Shown: positions 21,848-32,390 of the stretch, piece by piece
How the letters are laid out: each line of letters opens with the position of its first letter
Position numbering within the stretch: the stretch's first letter is position 1
Source: an uncultured Candidatus Rokubacteria bacterium
Lineage (GTDB): Bacteria > Methylomirabilota > Methylomirabilia > Rokubacteriales > CSP1-6
NCBI GenBank assembly: GCA_963771355.1
Contig: CAVYTA010000006.1
Location: 2,624,001 to 2,688,000, forward strand
Reading direction: 5' to 3'
DNA: 64,000 bases
Made by a program: the position numbers and the translations under genes
The notes under the pieces: generated by a model
Database searches by the model: none
Told to the model about the DNA's origin: nothing
What the model saw: the letters and a program-made list of their open reading frames with translations, nothing else

Positions 21848-22114
21848 GGCCACCCATCGGCTCCTGACGGCGGTACACTCGGGCCGCCGACGCGGGCGGT
21901 AGCATCCGGCCAGCCCTTCAGGACGGAAGGATCCGTCCATGTGATGGCCCGTGCCCGAGCAGGATGGACACGGGGCCCGTGCGATCACGACGCCCATGCT
22001 CGCTCTCGCCCACCCCGAATGGGCTCCTGGCCCTTGACCTGACCCCGCGTTGCCCGCTACTCTGCGCGTACCTCGCGCGCCGGCGCGCACTTCGCTCGTC
22101 AAGGAGCCTGCTTC

Positions 22115-23253
22115 GTGGCCACAACGTTGACCGACCCTCAAGCAATCAAGGATTTCGTGACCGGCCTCGCGTTCCTGGGCACCGGAGGTGGGGCCGGCAA
22201 GATCGAGGACGCGCTCGAGATGCTCGAGCCCGTCCTCAAGCGCGGCAAGGCATTACCCTGGTAAGTCCGGATGAGCTGCCGGACGATGCGTGGACCTGCG
22301 CAATTGCCAGCTGGGGCGGGCGCGATCCCGACACGCCGCCTTCCAAGGAAGAGCTCGCGCAGTACGGACTCATCACGGAACGGTACACGCTCGCCGAACG
22401 CATGGTCGAAGCCGCGAAGGAACTCGCCGCGTTCAGCGGCGTCCGGCTCGGCGGCGTCGTCTCGATGGAGCTCGGCGCCTCCGCCACCATGGGGAGCATC
22501 CTGACCGCCCTGGCGCTCGGGATCCCCGCTCTCGACAGCGACTACGTCGGCCGCGCCATCCCGGAAGCCGGTCAGACGAAGATGGACCTGGCCGGCTTCC
22601 TCCCGACGCCGATGGCCATGGTCGACCGATGGGGCAACGTCACGCTGGTGAAGTCCGCGGTGTCGGCTCTGATGGGCGACCGGATCGCACGCCAGGTGAG
22701 CGTCGCGGCCTACGGCAAGGGCGTCGGCGGGGCGAGCTACCTGGCGCAGATCCGCGACGCCAAGAAGGGCTTCGTGCGCGGCAGTCTGCTGAAGGCGGTC
22801 GAGGTGGGGCGGGCCCTGCGCGAGGGGGCGGGCACCGCGGAGCCGCTGGCGCCGCTCGCCCGGCTCACCGGCGGCAAGGTCCTCTTCACGGGCGAGGCCA
22901 TCTCCACCGATTGGGACGACTCCGAGGCCTACGTGTTCCGCAAGTTCACCTATCACGTCAAGGGTACCGGGCGACACGCCGGCCAGTCCTGCCGGGTGTG
23001 GGTCAAGAACGAGCACCACGTCGTGTGGCGCGACGAGACTGTCATCGGCACCAGTCCCGACATCCTGATGCTCACCGACGCGGAGACGAACCGCCCGCTC
23101 AGCACCCGCGGCGACGTCACTCCGGGCCGCAAGGTCGCGGTCTTCGGCATGAAGGCCCTCGATCCGGCCTGGCACACGCCGGCCGGCCTCGCGCTGCTGG
23201 GGCCACGCCATTTCGGCTTCGACTTCGACTACGTTCCCCCGGCCCAGAACTAG
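22115..23253 (+). CDS. DUF917 family protein; apparent frameshift near 22250
   Basis: GTG start, FLGTGGG motif, then a frame change to ITLVSPDELPDD, MELG, DSDYVGRAIPE, KNEH, SPDIL, GPRHFGFD. Confidence 0.8.
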
Positions 23254-23266
23254 GAGACCGATCCCC

Positions 23267-24838
23267 ATGCGCTCACTCCGGGTCATCTTCGCGCTGTCCC
23301 TGCTCCTCGTCCTGCTCGGCGGGCCGACGCCCGTGCCCGCGGTCGAGAAAAAGTCCACCCTGATCTTTGCCTCCAACCAGGACATGCCCAACGTGGACCC
23401 GGCGGTGACGCCCATGAGCGTCTTCACCGCGTCCGCCCTCATCGCGCTCTACGATCCGCTGCTGATGTATCGGGGCGACAAGCTCCAGTCCCACCTGGCC
23501 ACCAGCGTCATTCCGTCGGCGGACGCCTCCGAGTGGACGATCAAGCTGGCGCCGGGGGCGCGGTTCCAGGACGGTTCGCCGGTGACCGCCGAGGCTGTGA
23601 AGTACACCTTCGAGCGGGTGCTCCGGATCAAGAAGGGGCCGGCGTGGATGTGGCTGCCGATCATGGACGACAAGAGCGTCGCCGTCGTCGATGACCAGAC
23701 GCTCCGGGTGAAGCTCACGAAGCCGTTCTCGCTGTTCGACCGCACCCTGCCGAACCTCCTGGTCGTGAACCCGAAGCTCGTGAAGGCCAACGACAAGGGC
23801 GATGACGGCCAGGCGTGGCTGGTCAACAACAGCGCGGGGTCGGGACCCTTCAAGATCAACCCGGAGAACTGGCGGAACGGGGCTCAGTACGAGCTCCTCG
23901 CCGACCCGAGCTACTGGAAGGGTTGGCCCACGGCCGGGCGCCTCGACGGCTACGTGTGGAAGGTCATCCGGGAGAGCTCAGCCCAGAAACTGGCCCTCAT
24001 CAAGGGCGAGGTGCACGGAGCGCAGAACATTTCTCCCGACGATATCGCCGAGCTGATGAAGACGCCGGGCCTCCGCGTGGAGCAGTACACCGGGGTCAGC
24101 CCGCACCGCATCGTCATGCACGGCCGTCACGACAGCAAGTACCTGTCCGACATCAACGTCCGCAAGGCGCTCGCGCACGCCTACGACTACTCCGCGGTCC
24201 CGAAGATCTACGCCGGCAACGCCGAGGTCTCGAAGGGCCCGGTGCCGCCCCCGGTGGCTGGCTTCGCCTCCGGCCTGCCCCTCTACTCGTACGACCCGGA
24301 GAAGGCGAAGGCGTATCTCGCCAAGTCCCCGTGGCCCACCGGCGGCTTCACCCTCGACTACATCTATCCGGCCGGCTTCGACGTGGCCAAGAACCTCGGC
24401 GCCATTCTCCTCGCGGGCGCCGCCAAGCTGAACATCAAGATCAACGTGACGCCGATGGTGTGGGCCAACGTGCTCAGCATGCGGACCAAGAGCGAGACCA
24501 TGCCGCAGATGATCAGTCTCTGGCTCGCCCCGCTCTACGGCGACGCCGACGCGCAGCTCTACTCGCAGTGGCACAGCGACAGCTGGGGCCGCGGCAACTA
24601 TTCCTTCTACAAGAACCCGAAGGTGGACGAGCTGCTGGAGCGCGCCCGGCAGTCCAACGACTCCAAGGTCCGCGCGGATCTCCAAGGGCAGGCGCAGCGG
24701 CTGATCGTCGACGACTCCGTGGACATCTTCACCGCGATCGAGAAGGCAACCTACGTGTGGCGGAGCAACGTGAAGGGCTACGTCCATACCCCGCTGCGCG
24801 AGCGGAGCCCGCTCTTCGCGGAGCTCCGGCTCGAGTAA
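23267..24838 (+). CDS. Peptide/nickel ABC transporter substrate-binding protein (family 5)
   Basis: Signal peptide; FQDGSPVTAEAVKYTFER, AGSGPF, VRKALAHAYDY. Confidence 0.92.
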   Translation: MRSLRVIFALSLLLVLLGGPTPVPAVEKKSTLIFASNQDMPNVDPAVTPMSVFTASALIALYDPLLMYRGDKLQSHLATSVIPSADASEWTIKLAPGARFQDGSPVTAEAVKYTFERVLRIKKGPAWMWLPIMDDKSVAVVDDQTLRVKLTKPFSLFDRTLPNLLVVNPKLVKANDKGDDGQAWLVNNSAGSGPFKINPENWRNGAQYELLADPSYWKGWPTAGRLDGYVWKVIRESSAQKLALIKGEVHGAQNISPDDIAELMKTPGLRVEQYTGVSPHRIVMHGRHDSKYLSDINVRKALAHAYDYSAVPKIYAGNAEVSKGPVPPPVAGFASGLPLYSYDPEKAKAYLAKSPWPTGGFTLDYIYPAGFDVAKNLGAILLAGAAKLNIKINVTPMVWANVLSMRTKSETMPQMISLWLAPLYGDADAQLYSQWHSDSWGRGNYSFYKNPKVDELLERARQSNDSKVRADLQGQAQRLIVDDSVDIFTAIEKATYVWRSNVKGYVHTPLRERSPLFAELRLE

Positions 24839-24850
24839 CGCCGGCCGGAC

Positions 24851-25858
24851 GTGTTTGTCCAGTACATCGGACGACGCCTGGCGCTGATCCCCATCACGCT
24901 ACTGGGGGTCAGCGCCATCGTCTTCCTGCTCGCCCGCATCGTGCCGGGCGATCCGGCTCAGCTCGCCGCCGGCGACCAGGCCACGCCCGAGATGGTCGAG
25001 GCGTTCCGCCGGGAATACCGGCTGGACCGTCCGATCTGGGAGCAATACGTCGCGTACCTGGGCGGCCTGCTCCAGGGCGATCTCGGACGCTCGATGTTCA
25101 CCGGGCGCCCGGTCCTGGACGACCTGCGCGCCTTCCTCCCCGCCACTCTCGAGCTGACCGCGGTCGGTATCACGCTCGCGCTCCTGATCGGGCTGCCCGC
25201 CGGCGTCTTCTCCGCCCTCTATCGCAATCGCTGGCCCGACCAGCTCGCCCGCGGCCTCGCCTTGACGGGCGTCAGCTTCCCGGTCTTCTGGCTGGCGCTG
25301 ATGCTCCAGCTTCTCCTCGCCGTCTCCCTGGATCTGCTCCCGCTCGGCGGCCGCTTCCCGGCCGCCTACAAGGGCCCCGCGACGATCACGGGCCTCTACA
25401 CGCTCGACTTTGCCCTCGCGCGGGATGCCGAAGGCGTCGGGCTCGCGCTGCGGCATCTGCTGCTGCCCGCCCTCTGTCTCGCCGTCGGCTCCGTGGCGAG
25501 CATCACGCGCATCACGCGGACCTCCGTGCTCGACGTTCTCGGCCGCGACTTCATCCGGACGAGCCGGGCGATGGGGCTGCCGGAGCATATCGTCATCGGC
25601 AAGTACGTGCTGAAGAACGCGTTCATCGCTACCCTGACCATGCTCGGGGTGGCTCTCACCTACATGCTCGCCGGCTCCGTGCTCGTGGAATCCGTGTTCG
25701 ACTGGCCGGGCATCGGACTCTACGCCTTCAAGTCGATCATCCAGCTGGACTTCCAGCCGATCGCCGCGTTCACCGTGCTGGTCGGCACCATGGTCGCGCT
25801 CGTGAACCTCGGCGTCGACGTGCTCTACGGCGTCTTCGACCCGCGGATCCGCCGATGA
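24851..25858 (+). CDS. Peptide ABC transporter permease (DppB-like)
   Basis: VPGDPA, LDRPIWEQY, PATLEL, ESVFDWPGIG, DPRIR. Confidence 0.92.
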   Translation: MFVQYIGRRLALIPITLLGVSAIVFLLARIVPGDPAQLAAGDQATPEMVEAFRREYRLDRPIWEQYVAYLGGLLQGDLGRSMFTGRPVLDDLRAFLPATLELTAVGITLALLIGLPAGVFSALYRNRWPDQLARGLALTGVSFPVFWLALMLQLLLAVSLDLLPLGGRFPAAYKGPATITGLYTLDFALARDAEGVGLALRHLLLPALCLAVGSVASITRITRTSVLDVLGRDFIRTSRAMGLPEHIVIGKYVLKNAFIATLTMLGVALTYMLAGSVLVESVFDWPGIGLYAFKSIIQLDFQPIAAFTVLVGTMVALVNLGVDVLYGVFDPRIRR

Positions 25859-26754
25859 GCTCGGCGGCCACCGCGGCGGCCACGGTTGTTCCCGCCGCCC
25901 TGCACGGGCGGGGAGCCACGCGCGCCTTCCGCCGGCTGACCCGAGGCCCCCTGGCGGCAGCGGCGCTCGCCGTGCTCGCGCTGCTCCTCACCGCCGCCGT
26001 CTTCGGCCCGTCCCTGGCTCCGTACCCCGAGGACGCGGAAGGGGCCATCCATGCCGATGCGCGCCTGCAGCCGCCGAGCCGGGCGCACCCGTTCGGCACC
26101 GACGAGCTGGGTCGAGACGTGTTCAGCCGGGTGCTCATCGGCGCCCGGATCTCGCTATCGGTCGGGGTCATCGTGCTGATCATCGGCGTCACCATCGGCA
26201 CCATCCTCGGCGCCATCGCCGGCTTCGTCGGGGGGCGCGTCGGCGAGACCATCATGCGCTTCACCGACATCACGATCACGATCCCCGAGCTGATCCTGGC
26301 GCTCGCGATCACCGCCGTGCTCGGACGAAGCCTCGGCAACACCATGCTGGCCATCGGCCTGGTCCGCTGGCCGATCTATTGCCGTCTCGTCCAGGCGCAG
26401 GTGGCCGGGCTCGCCACGGAGCCGTTCGTGGAAGCGGCCGTCGCCGGCGGCGGCGGCCCCGCCCGCGTGCTCTTCCGGCACATCCTGCCGAACTGCGTCT
26501 CACCGGTGATCGTCCGAGCCTCCCTGGACATGGGCCTCGCCATTCTCACCGCCGCCGCGCTCGGCTTTCTCGGCCTCGGCGCACAGGAGCCCATCCCGGA
26601 GTGGGGCGCGATGGTGAGCGACGCGCGGAGAACCTTCCCCACCGCGTGGTGGAGCGCGACGTTCCCGGGCCTGGCCATCTTCGTGACCGTCTTCGCATTC
26701 AACGTGCTGGGAGACGGGCTCCGCGACGTGGTCGACCCCCAGACGAGCAACTGA
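25855..26754 (+). CDS. Peptide ABC transporter permease (DppC-like)
   Basis: HPFGTDELGRDVFSR, RHILPN, LGFLGLG, FNVLGDGLRD; ATGA overlap. Confidence 0.92.
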   Translation: MSSAATAAATVVPAALHGRGATRAFRRLTRGPLAAAALAVLALLLTAAVFGPSLAPYPEDAEGAIHADARLQPPSRAHPFGTDELGRDVFSRVLIGARISLSVGVIVLIIGVTIGTILGAIAGFVGGRVGETIMRFTDITITIPELILALAITAVLGRSLGNTMLAIGLVRWPIYCRLVQAQVAGLATEPFVEAAVAGGGGPARVLFRHILPNCVSPVIVRASLDMGLAILTAAALGFLGLGAQEPIPEWGAMVSDARRTFPTAWWSATFPGLAIFVTVFAFNVLGDGLRDVVDPQTSN

Positions 26755-26780
26755 AGCGACCGTTAGCCGCCGGAGGACCC

Positions 26781-27887
26781 ATGATGGACGTCGACATCGA
26801 CCGCGCCCTCGCCACCTTCCTCGAACTGGTCCAGATCGATTCACCCACCTACGCGGAGCGGCCGATCATCGAGCGCATCGAGAAGGAGCTCGCGGCGCTC
26901 GGCCTTTCCACCTTCAACGACCGCACCGGACGTGACGGCGCCGGCAACCTCCACGTTCGCCTGCCGGGCACGCGGGCCGACCAGCCACCGATCCTCCTCT
27001 GCGCCCACACCGATACCGTCGAGCCGGGCCGTGGGGTCCGAGCCACCGTGCGTGACGGCGTCGTTCGCACTGACGGTCGGACCGTGCTCGGCGCCGACAA
27101 CAAGGCCAGCGTGACCGCGCTGCTGGAGGCGGTCCGAACCGTGATCCGCCACAATGTGCCGCACCGCGAGGTCGATCTGCTCTTCACCTGGGGGGAAGAG
27201 CGCGGTCACGCCGGGGCCGCCCTCTTCGACACCACCCCGCTGCGCGCCACGATGGGCGTCACGCTCGACGACACGGCGGCGCCGGGGCACATCACGGTGG
27301 CCGCGCCCGCGTACTGCTCCATCCTCGCCCGCTTCCTCGGGAAGGCCGCGCACGCCGGCGACGCGCCCGAGCGGGGCGTCAGCGCGATCGTGGCGGCGGC
27401 CGAGGCGGTGCGGCGGCTGACCCTCGGGCGGATCGATCACGAGACCACCGCCAACATCGGCCTCATCCGCGGCGGTTCCGCGCGCAATACCGTACCCGGC
27501 GTGGTCGAGCTCGAGGGCGAGGCCCGGAGCCTCGACAACGCCAAGCTGGAGCGCCTCGTCGCGAGCCTGCGCGAAGGGATCGAGACCGCCGCGCGTGACA
27601 CGAAGACGACGCTGGAGCTGGCCATCAAGCAGGAGTACGCGGCCTATCGCTGGCCGGAGAGCGCGGATATCGTCGTCGAGGCCATGGCCGCGGTCCGGCG
27701 GGCCGGCCTCGAGCCGGCGCTTCGAGTGAGCGGCGGCGGCAGCGACTCCAACACGCTCAACGAGAAGGGCCTCCGCTGCCTGAACCTCGCCATCGGCATG
27801 AAGGAGATCCACACTGTCCAGGAGCACATCGCGGTGGACGACCTCGGCAGGACCTGCCGCATCGCCCTCAGTCTCATCACGGGGTGA
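26781..27887 (+). CDS. M20 peptidase T-like protein
   Basis: AHTDTV, LGADNKA, GEERG, AAHAG, TTANIG, GGGSD.N, IHTVQE. Confidence 0.88.
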   Translation: MMDVDIDRALATFLELVQIDSPTYAERPIIERIEKELAALGLSTFNDRTGRDGAGNLHVRLPGTRADQPPILLCAHTDTVEPGRGVRATVRDGVVRTDGRTVLGADNKASVTALLEAVRTVIRHNVPHREVDLLFTWGEERGHAGAALFDTTPLRATMGVTLDDTAAPGHITVAAPAYCSILARFLGKAAHAGDAPERGVSAIVAAAEAVRRLTLGRIDHETTANIGLIRGGSARNTVPGVVELEGEARSLDNAKLERLVASLREGIETAARDTKTTLELAIKQEYAAYRWPESADIVVEAMAAVRRAGLEPALRVSGGGSDSNTLNEKGLRCLNLAIGMKEIHTVQEHIAVDDLGRTCRIALSLITG

Positions 27888-27890
27888 GTC

Positions 27891-28544
27891 GTGGATCTGG
27901 CGACGGTCGCGAAGCTGCTCACGACGACGCGCACGGTGCGGCGGCGGCTCGACCTCTCCCGCCCGGTCACGCGGGACGTGATCCAGGAATGCATCGAGAT
28001 CGCGGTTCAGGCTCCGACCGCCGGCAACTCCCAACGCTGGCATTTCGTGGTGGTGACGGATCCCGCGAAGCGCGCCGCCATCGCCGACGTCTATCGTCGG
28101 GCGCGGGCCCGGTACCACGCCAAGCCCCCCGCTTTCCTGCCGGGGAGCTTGCCGCCCGACGAGCAGCGCGCCAAGGACCGCATGCGGCGATCCGGCGACC
28201 ATCTCGCCCAACATCTGCAGGATGTCCCGGTGCTGATACTGCCGTGCATCGAAGGCCGCGTCGAGCACGCGTCCGTTTTCGACCAGGCGACGCTCTACGG
28301 CTCCATTCTGCCCGCTGCGTGGTCCTTGATACTCGCGCTACGCTCCCGGGGGCTCGGCGCGGCCTGGACGACGGACCACCTCCTCTTCGAGGAGGACGTG
28401 CGGGCCGTGCTCGGGATCCCTACCGGGGTCACTCAAGCCGCGCTCCTGGCCGTTGCGTTCTTCACCGGCGCCGATTTCCTGCCGGCCGCCCGCCGTCCGG
28501 CGCGGGAGGTGACGCACTGGGAGGCGTGGGGAGGGCACACCTGA
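27891..28544 (+). CDS. Nitroreductase family protein
   Basis: TTTRTVRRRLD, QAPTAGNSQRWHF, LRSRGLGAAWTT. Confidence 0.88.
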   Translation: MDLATVAKLLTTTRTVRRRLDLSRPVTRDVIQECIEIAVQAPTAGNSQRWHFVVVTDPAKRAAIADVYRRARARYHAKPPAFLPGSLPPDEQRAKDRMRRSGDHLAQHLQDVPVLILPCIEGRVEHASVFDQATLYGSILPAAWSLILALRSRGLGAAWTTDHLLFEEDVRAVLGIPTGVTQAALLAVAFFTGADFLPAARRPAREVTHWEAWGGHT

Positions 28545-28567
28545 CGGTGTAGGATACCGCTGTCGCC

Positions 28568-29013
28568 TCAAGGCATGACGCTCCCTCGGGCGAGGGCGAG
28601 GCCGCACCGGAAGATGATCGCCACGCCGATGCCGAACACCAAGTGAAAGCCGACCTCGATCGGCACCATCTTGAGATGGAAGCCGCCGCCGACGCCGGCC
28701 CCCTTCAGCGGCAGTACGACGAACCAGTACACGAGCAGGGGGGCGATGCCGAAGACGAGCCCGCCCACCCACCATCCGAAGTGAGCCGTGAGCCGCGGCT
28801 CGAGCAGGGCGTAGACCAGTCCCCAGAGCCCGGCCCAGAACGCGTACGACAGGCTCTGCGGCACGCCGAGGGGCGGCACCGGCGCGAGGCTCCAGGGCAG
28901 GGCCGGTATCAGATGCGCGACGTAGAGAATCGCGCCGAATCCGCCCTGGAAGATCAGGTGCGAGAGGGCCCCGGCGAGGAAGCCGAGGAAGAGGCGCGTC
29001 GGGTCGTAGACAT
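28568..29013 (-). CDS. Hypothetical 4-TM membrane protein; apparent frameshift just after the start
   Basis: ATG 29013 with AAAGGA SD is out of frame with TRLFLGFLAGALSHLIFQ..PVPPLGVPQSLSYAFWAGLWG. Confidence 0.65.
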
Positions 29014-29140
29014 GTGGGAGTCCTTTCTGTGATGGGCCAGTGGCCGACGTGCAGGATTTCCCGGTGATGAAGGGGGCGGATTCGAGGAAGAGCGATAAGG
29101 ACGTAGACGCCCTCCTGCACGAAGCGTTTCGCCGTTGCCC

Positions 29141-30025
29141 TCACCGCGCCGCGAGCGCCACGTGAATCCGGGTCGGGATACCTGGCTTCGCGGTGAACTG
29201 CGCGGTGAATGGTTGAGCCGGCGGCGACGCGATCGCGAGTGTGTGCGGGCCTGCGGCGACCACGACAACTTGCCCGGCCAGCTGACCCGCCGTACCGAGA
29301 AACTGACCATCGAGGAAGACCTGGGCATCCTCGGGCGCGGCCTCGACGATGAGAAGGGCCGAGTCAACCGGCGCGCAGGACTCCACCCAGCTCACGCCGA
29401 GGTCACAAGGCGACCCAAGCAGAAGGGTGGTTCGCTGGGCACCCTCGACGAAGCCAAGCACCATCCGACCACGATGCCGGGAGACCGGAAACGGTTTCGC
29501 CACGATCACCTTCGGCCTGAATGGCTTCAAGGCGATGGTTGGGTTGACATCTACGGTTCTCGGTCCCACGGAGCCTGAACCACTGGTGTCGCTGACGATG
29601 AGAACCTTTGGTCCGGCAGACTGAGGAACAGGGTGAGGGCGGGCTGCCGTCGTGCTCCCCGTTGCTTCGTGAGCCCTTGCCCCAGCGGACGAATCGATGA
29701 CGACCGTCCTCGGCTCCACCGGCCGGATACCCGCCGACCGAATGGCCGGGGCTATTTCGCCTCGGCCGCCAAGTTCGGGCACGACGGACGCCGCTGCGGT
29801 CCCTGGCGCCAGGGTAACCCCATGGCGTGGAAACGTTAACCCAGGGGCGGCCGGCGGCGGTCTCATTGCGGGCATGCCCATACGCAGTGACGGACTTCCG
29901 CCCAAGCCGCCGACACTCCCACCTGGACCCCGCCCGTGCATGGCGCCCCCCGCAAGGGCAGGTATGCCGCTCATGACGGCGAAGCCGAGACTGATCAGAA
30001 CTACGAGCCAACGCTTCATCGGCAT
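29141..30025 (-). CDS. Secreted protein with a C-terminal PEGA domain
   Basis: Signal peptide, low-complexity linker, APEDAQVFLDGQFLG...AGPHTLAI. Confidence 0.6.
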   Translation of the reverse strand: MPMKRWLVVLISLGFAVMSGIPALAGGAMHGRGPGGSVGGLGGSPSLRMGMPAMRPPPAAPGLTFPRHGVTLAPGTAAASVVPELGGRGEIAPAIRSAGIRPVEPRTVVIDSSAGARAHEATGSTTAARPHPVPQSAGPKVLIVSDTSGSGSVGPRTVDVNPTIALKPFRPKVIVAKPFPVSRHRGRMVLGFVEGAQRTTLLLGSPCDLGVSWVESCAPVDSALLIVEAAPEDAQVFLDGQFLGTAGQLAGQVVVVAAGPHTLAIASPPAQPFTAQFTAKPGIPTRIHVALAAR

Positions 30026-30156
30026 CTCTCAATGTACTCTCGCTGCCCGCCGTTTGGCCCTAGCCAATTACAGTTGTAATTCCACCCTCCACAAGTCACG
30101 GCGGCGATTGCTGACTGACTTTCGGCATCCGTATGAATCGGATCGAGGGGCATCCA

Positions 30157-31203
30157 CTAGTAACCGATTCTTTCCCAGAGTTTCACGAGCTCCGGGCTGC
30201 TCCGGCGGCCGTACACCCTAGCCGCTGCCTCGGTCCGATTCGTGAAGACGCCGTCGGCGCCGGTTAGCCACACCGCCCACATTTCCCAGGGGTGGTCGAT
30301 CGTCCAGGGATGAACAAATAGCCCGGCCTTGTGTGCTTGGCCGGTATACCAGGGCCACGTCATCACATACCGCGCCGGCGCGTTCTTGATCGACCAGTCA
30401 CGACCGTAGGCCCACCGGTATCCCCAGGTGCCGATCCCCATCCCGACCTGCGCGGCCTCTTTGAGGACTGCGTCCCAGCCGTGTTTGGCGATCATGACTT
30501 CGTCAATCAAGAGGAGCCGGGGCACCTGTGGAGCCAACTCTTTGAATCGGGCCAGGCTGTCCGGCTCGAAAGACTGGAAAATGACCGGCGCGCCGGCTCC
30601 TGAACCGGCATGGCTGATCCAGCCGCGACGTGTGAGAGCCTCCACCAACTGCCGCTCAATGCCGGCAAACCGATACGCGGCCTTCGTCTCGATGTAAATC
30701 CCGGACCGATGCCCGCCGGACTCGGCGATGTCGAGCAGGTCCTCCAGTCGGAGAATGCGTAGACCGCGAAACGATCCGCGGGCCCGATCAGGAAACGCGG
30801 CATTGAACCACGCGCCCGCATCCAACTGCTGCAGCTCGGCGAACGTAAAGGTGTCGAGCGTGTCCTTGACGCGACCGGGAAAGATCTCTCTCACATTGGT
30901 GGTGCGAGACAGATCGTCATCGTGGAGGGCGATCAGCACGCCGTCCTTGGTACGCTGGATGTCGAACTCCAGATAGTCGGCACCCAACTCCCGAGCCATC
31001 AGGAACGCAGGTCGCGTTTCTTCGGGAGCCAGATAGGAAGCGCCTCGGTGGGCGATGATCGCCGGACGAGGAATCCCGAGCGCCCCGGCCACTGTCTTGC
31101 CGCGAGTCGGCTCACCCAGGAAATAGCACCACACCAGTACTCCACTGAGCAGGAGCACCGTTGCGGCAAACCCTAGGACAACGACCTTCACTCTGAAAGA
31201 CAT
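30157..31203 (-). CDS. Glycerophosphodiester phosphodiesterase
   Basis: IIAHRGASYLAPEET, ADYLEFDIQRTKDG..HD, IETK, FQSF, ADGVFTN; N-terminal TM segment. Confidence 0.92.
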   Translation of the reverse strand: MSFRVKVVVLGFAATVLLLSGVLVWCYFLGEPTRGKTVAGALGIPRPAIIAHRGASYLAPEETRPAFLMARELGADYLEFDIQRTKDGVLIALHDDDLSRTTNVREIFPGRVKDTLDTFTFAELQQLDAGAWFNAAFPDRARGSFRGLRILRLEDLLDIAESGGHRSGIYIETKAAYRFAGIERQLVEALTRRGWISHAGSGAGAPVIFQSFEPDSLARFKELAPQVPRLLLIDEVMIAKHGWDAVLKEAAQVGMGIGTWGYRWAYGRDWSIKNAPARYVMTWPWYTGQAHKAGLFVHPWTIDHPWEMWAVWLTGADGVFTNRTEAAARVYGRRSSPELVKLWERIGY

Positions 31204-31231
31204 GGATGAGCACCAAGTAGAGGAAAGGAAA

Positions 31232-31307
31232 TGGTGGGCTGGGACGGGATTGAACCGCCGACACCAGGATTTTCAGTCCTGTGCTCTACCAACTGAGCTA
31301 CCAGCCC
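31232..31307 (-). tRNA. tRNA-Phe(GAA)
   Basis: GGGCTGGTAGCTCAGTTGGTAGAGCACAGGACTGAAAATCCTGGTGTCGGCGGTTCAATCCCGTCCCAGCCCACCA: 76-nt cloverleaf with encoded CCA. Confidence 0.98.
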
Positions 31308-31380
31308 ACCACGGAATTGTGAGGGTATCAAAGGCGGGTCGGAGTGTCCAGGAACGCGGGCTCCTGGCATAATCGGGAGC

Positions 31381-32070
31381 ATGACGACCGACCTGGAGCT
31401 CCAGCAATATCTGGCGCCCGCGGAGTACGTGGACAGCGCCGCGGCGAACGTGACGGCCTTCGCCCGCGAGGCTGCCGGCGACGCCACCGATCCCCTCACC
31501 CGCGCGGTGCGCCTCTACTACGCGGTGCGGGACGAGATCGTCTACACGCCCTACTGCGACTTCACCGACGTGGAGACCTTCCGCGCCAGCGCCTGCTTGA
31601 GCCGCCGCGCCGGGTTCTGCGTCGGCAAGGCCTCGCTCCTCACCGCGGCTGCGCGGGCCGCCGGCATTCCGGCACGGATCGGCTTCGCGGACGTGCGCAA
31701 CCACCTCTGCACGCCGCGGCTCCGCGCCTTGATGGGCACCGACACCTTCGTCTACCACGGCTACACGGATCTCTTTCTCGAGGGGCGCTGGGTCAAGGCC
31801 ACCCCGGCCTTCGATCGCGGCCTCTGCGAGAAGTTCGGGGTGCGGGCGCTCGAGTTCGACGGCCGCGCGGATTCGCTCTTCCAGCCCCACGACGTGGCCG
31901 GGCGGCGCCACATGGAGTATCTGCAGGATCGCGGGACGCGGGTGGACGTGCCGGTGGCGGAGATCATGGCCGCGTTTGCGCAGCACTATCCGGCCCTCGC
32001 CGCGCGGCCGGCGGCCCCCTCGGCGACCCAGTTCAGGCAGGAAGCGGAGGACGCGTCGGGGAGAGGCTAG
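31381..32070 (+). CDS. Transglutaminase-like family protein
   Basis: LYYAVRDEI.Y, GFCVGKA, GIPARIGFADVRNH, YHGY, WVKATPAF. Confidence 0.85.
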   Translation: MTTDLELQQYLAPAEYVDSAAANVTAFAREAAGDATDPLTRAVRLYYAVRDEIVYTPYCDFTDVETFRASACLSRRAGFCVGKASLLTAAARAAGIPARIGFADVRNHLCTPRLRALMGTDTFVYHGYTDLFLEGRWVKATPAFDRGLCEKFGVRALEFDGRADSLFQPHDVAGRRHMEYLQDRGTRVDVPVAEIMAAFAQHYPALAARPAAPSATQFRQEAEDASGRG

Positions 32071-32390
32071 CCGGTGCCCGGCAGGTCCCGGCCGGTATCC
32101 GACTCGAAGACGATCTCGTCGTTCTCGTCGACGGTGAAGGCCTCATGGAGCACGAAGAGCACCTCGTGCTGGACCAGGAAGCGGGTGAGCTTGGCCACCG
32201 CCACCGGATGGGCGTCGAGGTGGAAGGACAGCGCCAGATCGCCGATCTCATCCACCGCGAAGATGGCCCAGTCACCCACGATGAGGGCTTCCATCTCCTC
32301 CTCGTAGGTGACCCCGCCTTCGAACTCGGGCGAGCCCTCCGCCAGCTCTCGCAGCTCGGCGAGCTTGGCCCGACGCTTCTCTTCGTCCAT
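32067..32390 (-). CDS. Hypothetical acidic protein
   Basis: Open ORF with GC-rich codon pattern, coupled to the upstream gene. Confidence 0.65.
   Translation of the reverse strand: MDEEKRRAKLAELRELAEGSPEFEGGVTYEEEMEALIVGDWAIFAVDEIGDLALSFHLDAHPVAVAKLTRFLVQHEVLFVLHEAFTVDENDEIVFESDTGRDLPGTG

Noticed and set aside
29060..29090. Possible att duplicate of the tRNA-Phe 3' end
   Set aside because: GGGGGCGGATTCGA resembles a tRNA T-arm only loosely and does not match the tRNA-Phe sequence
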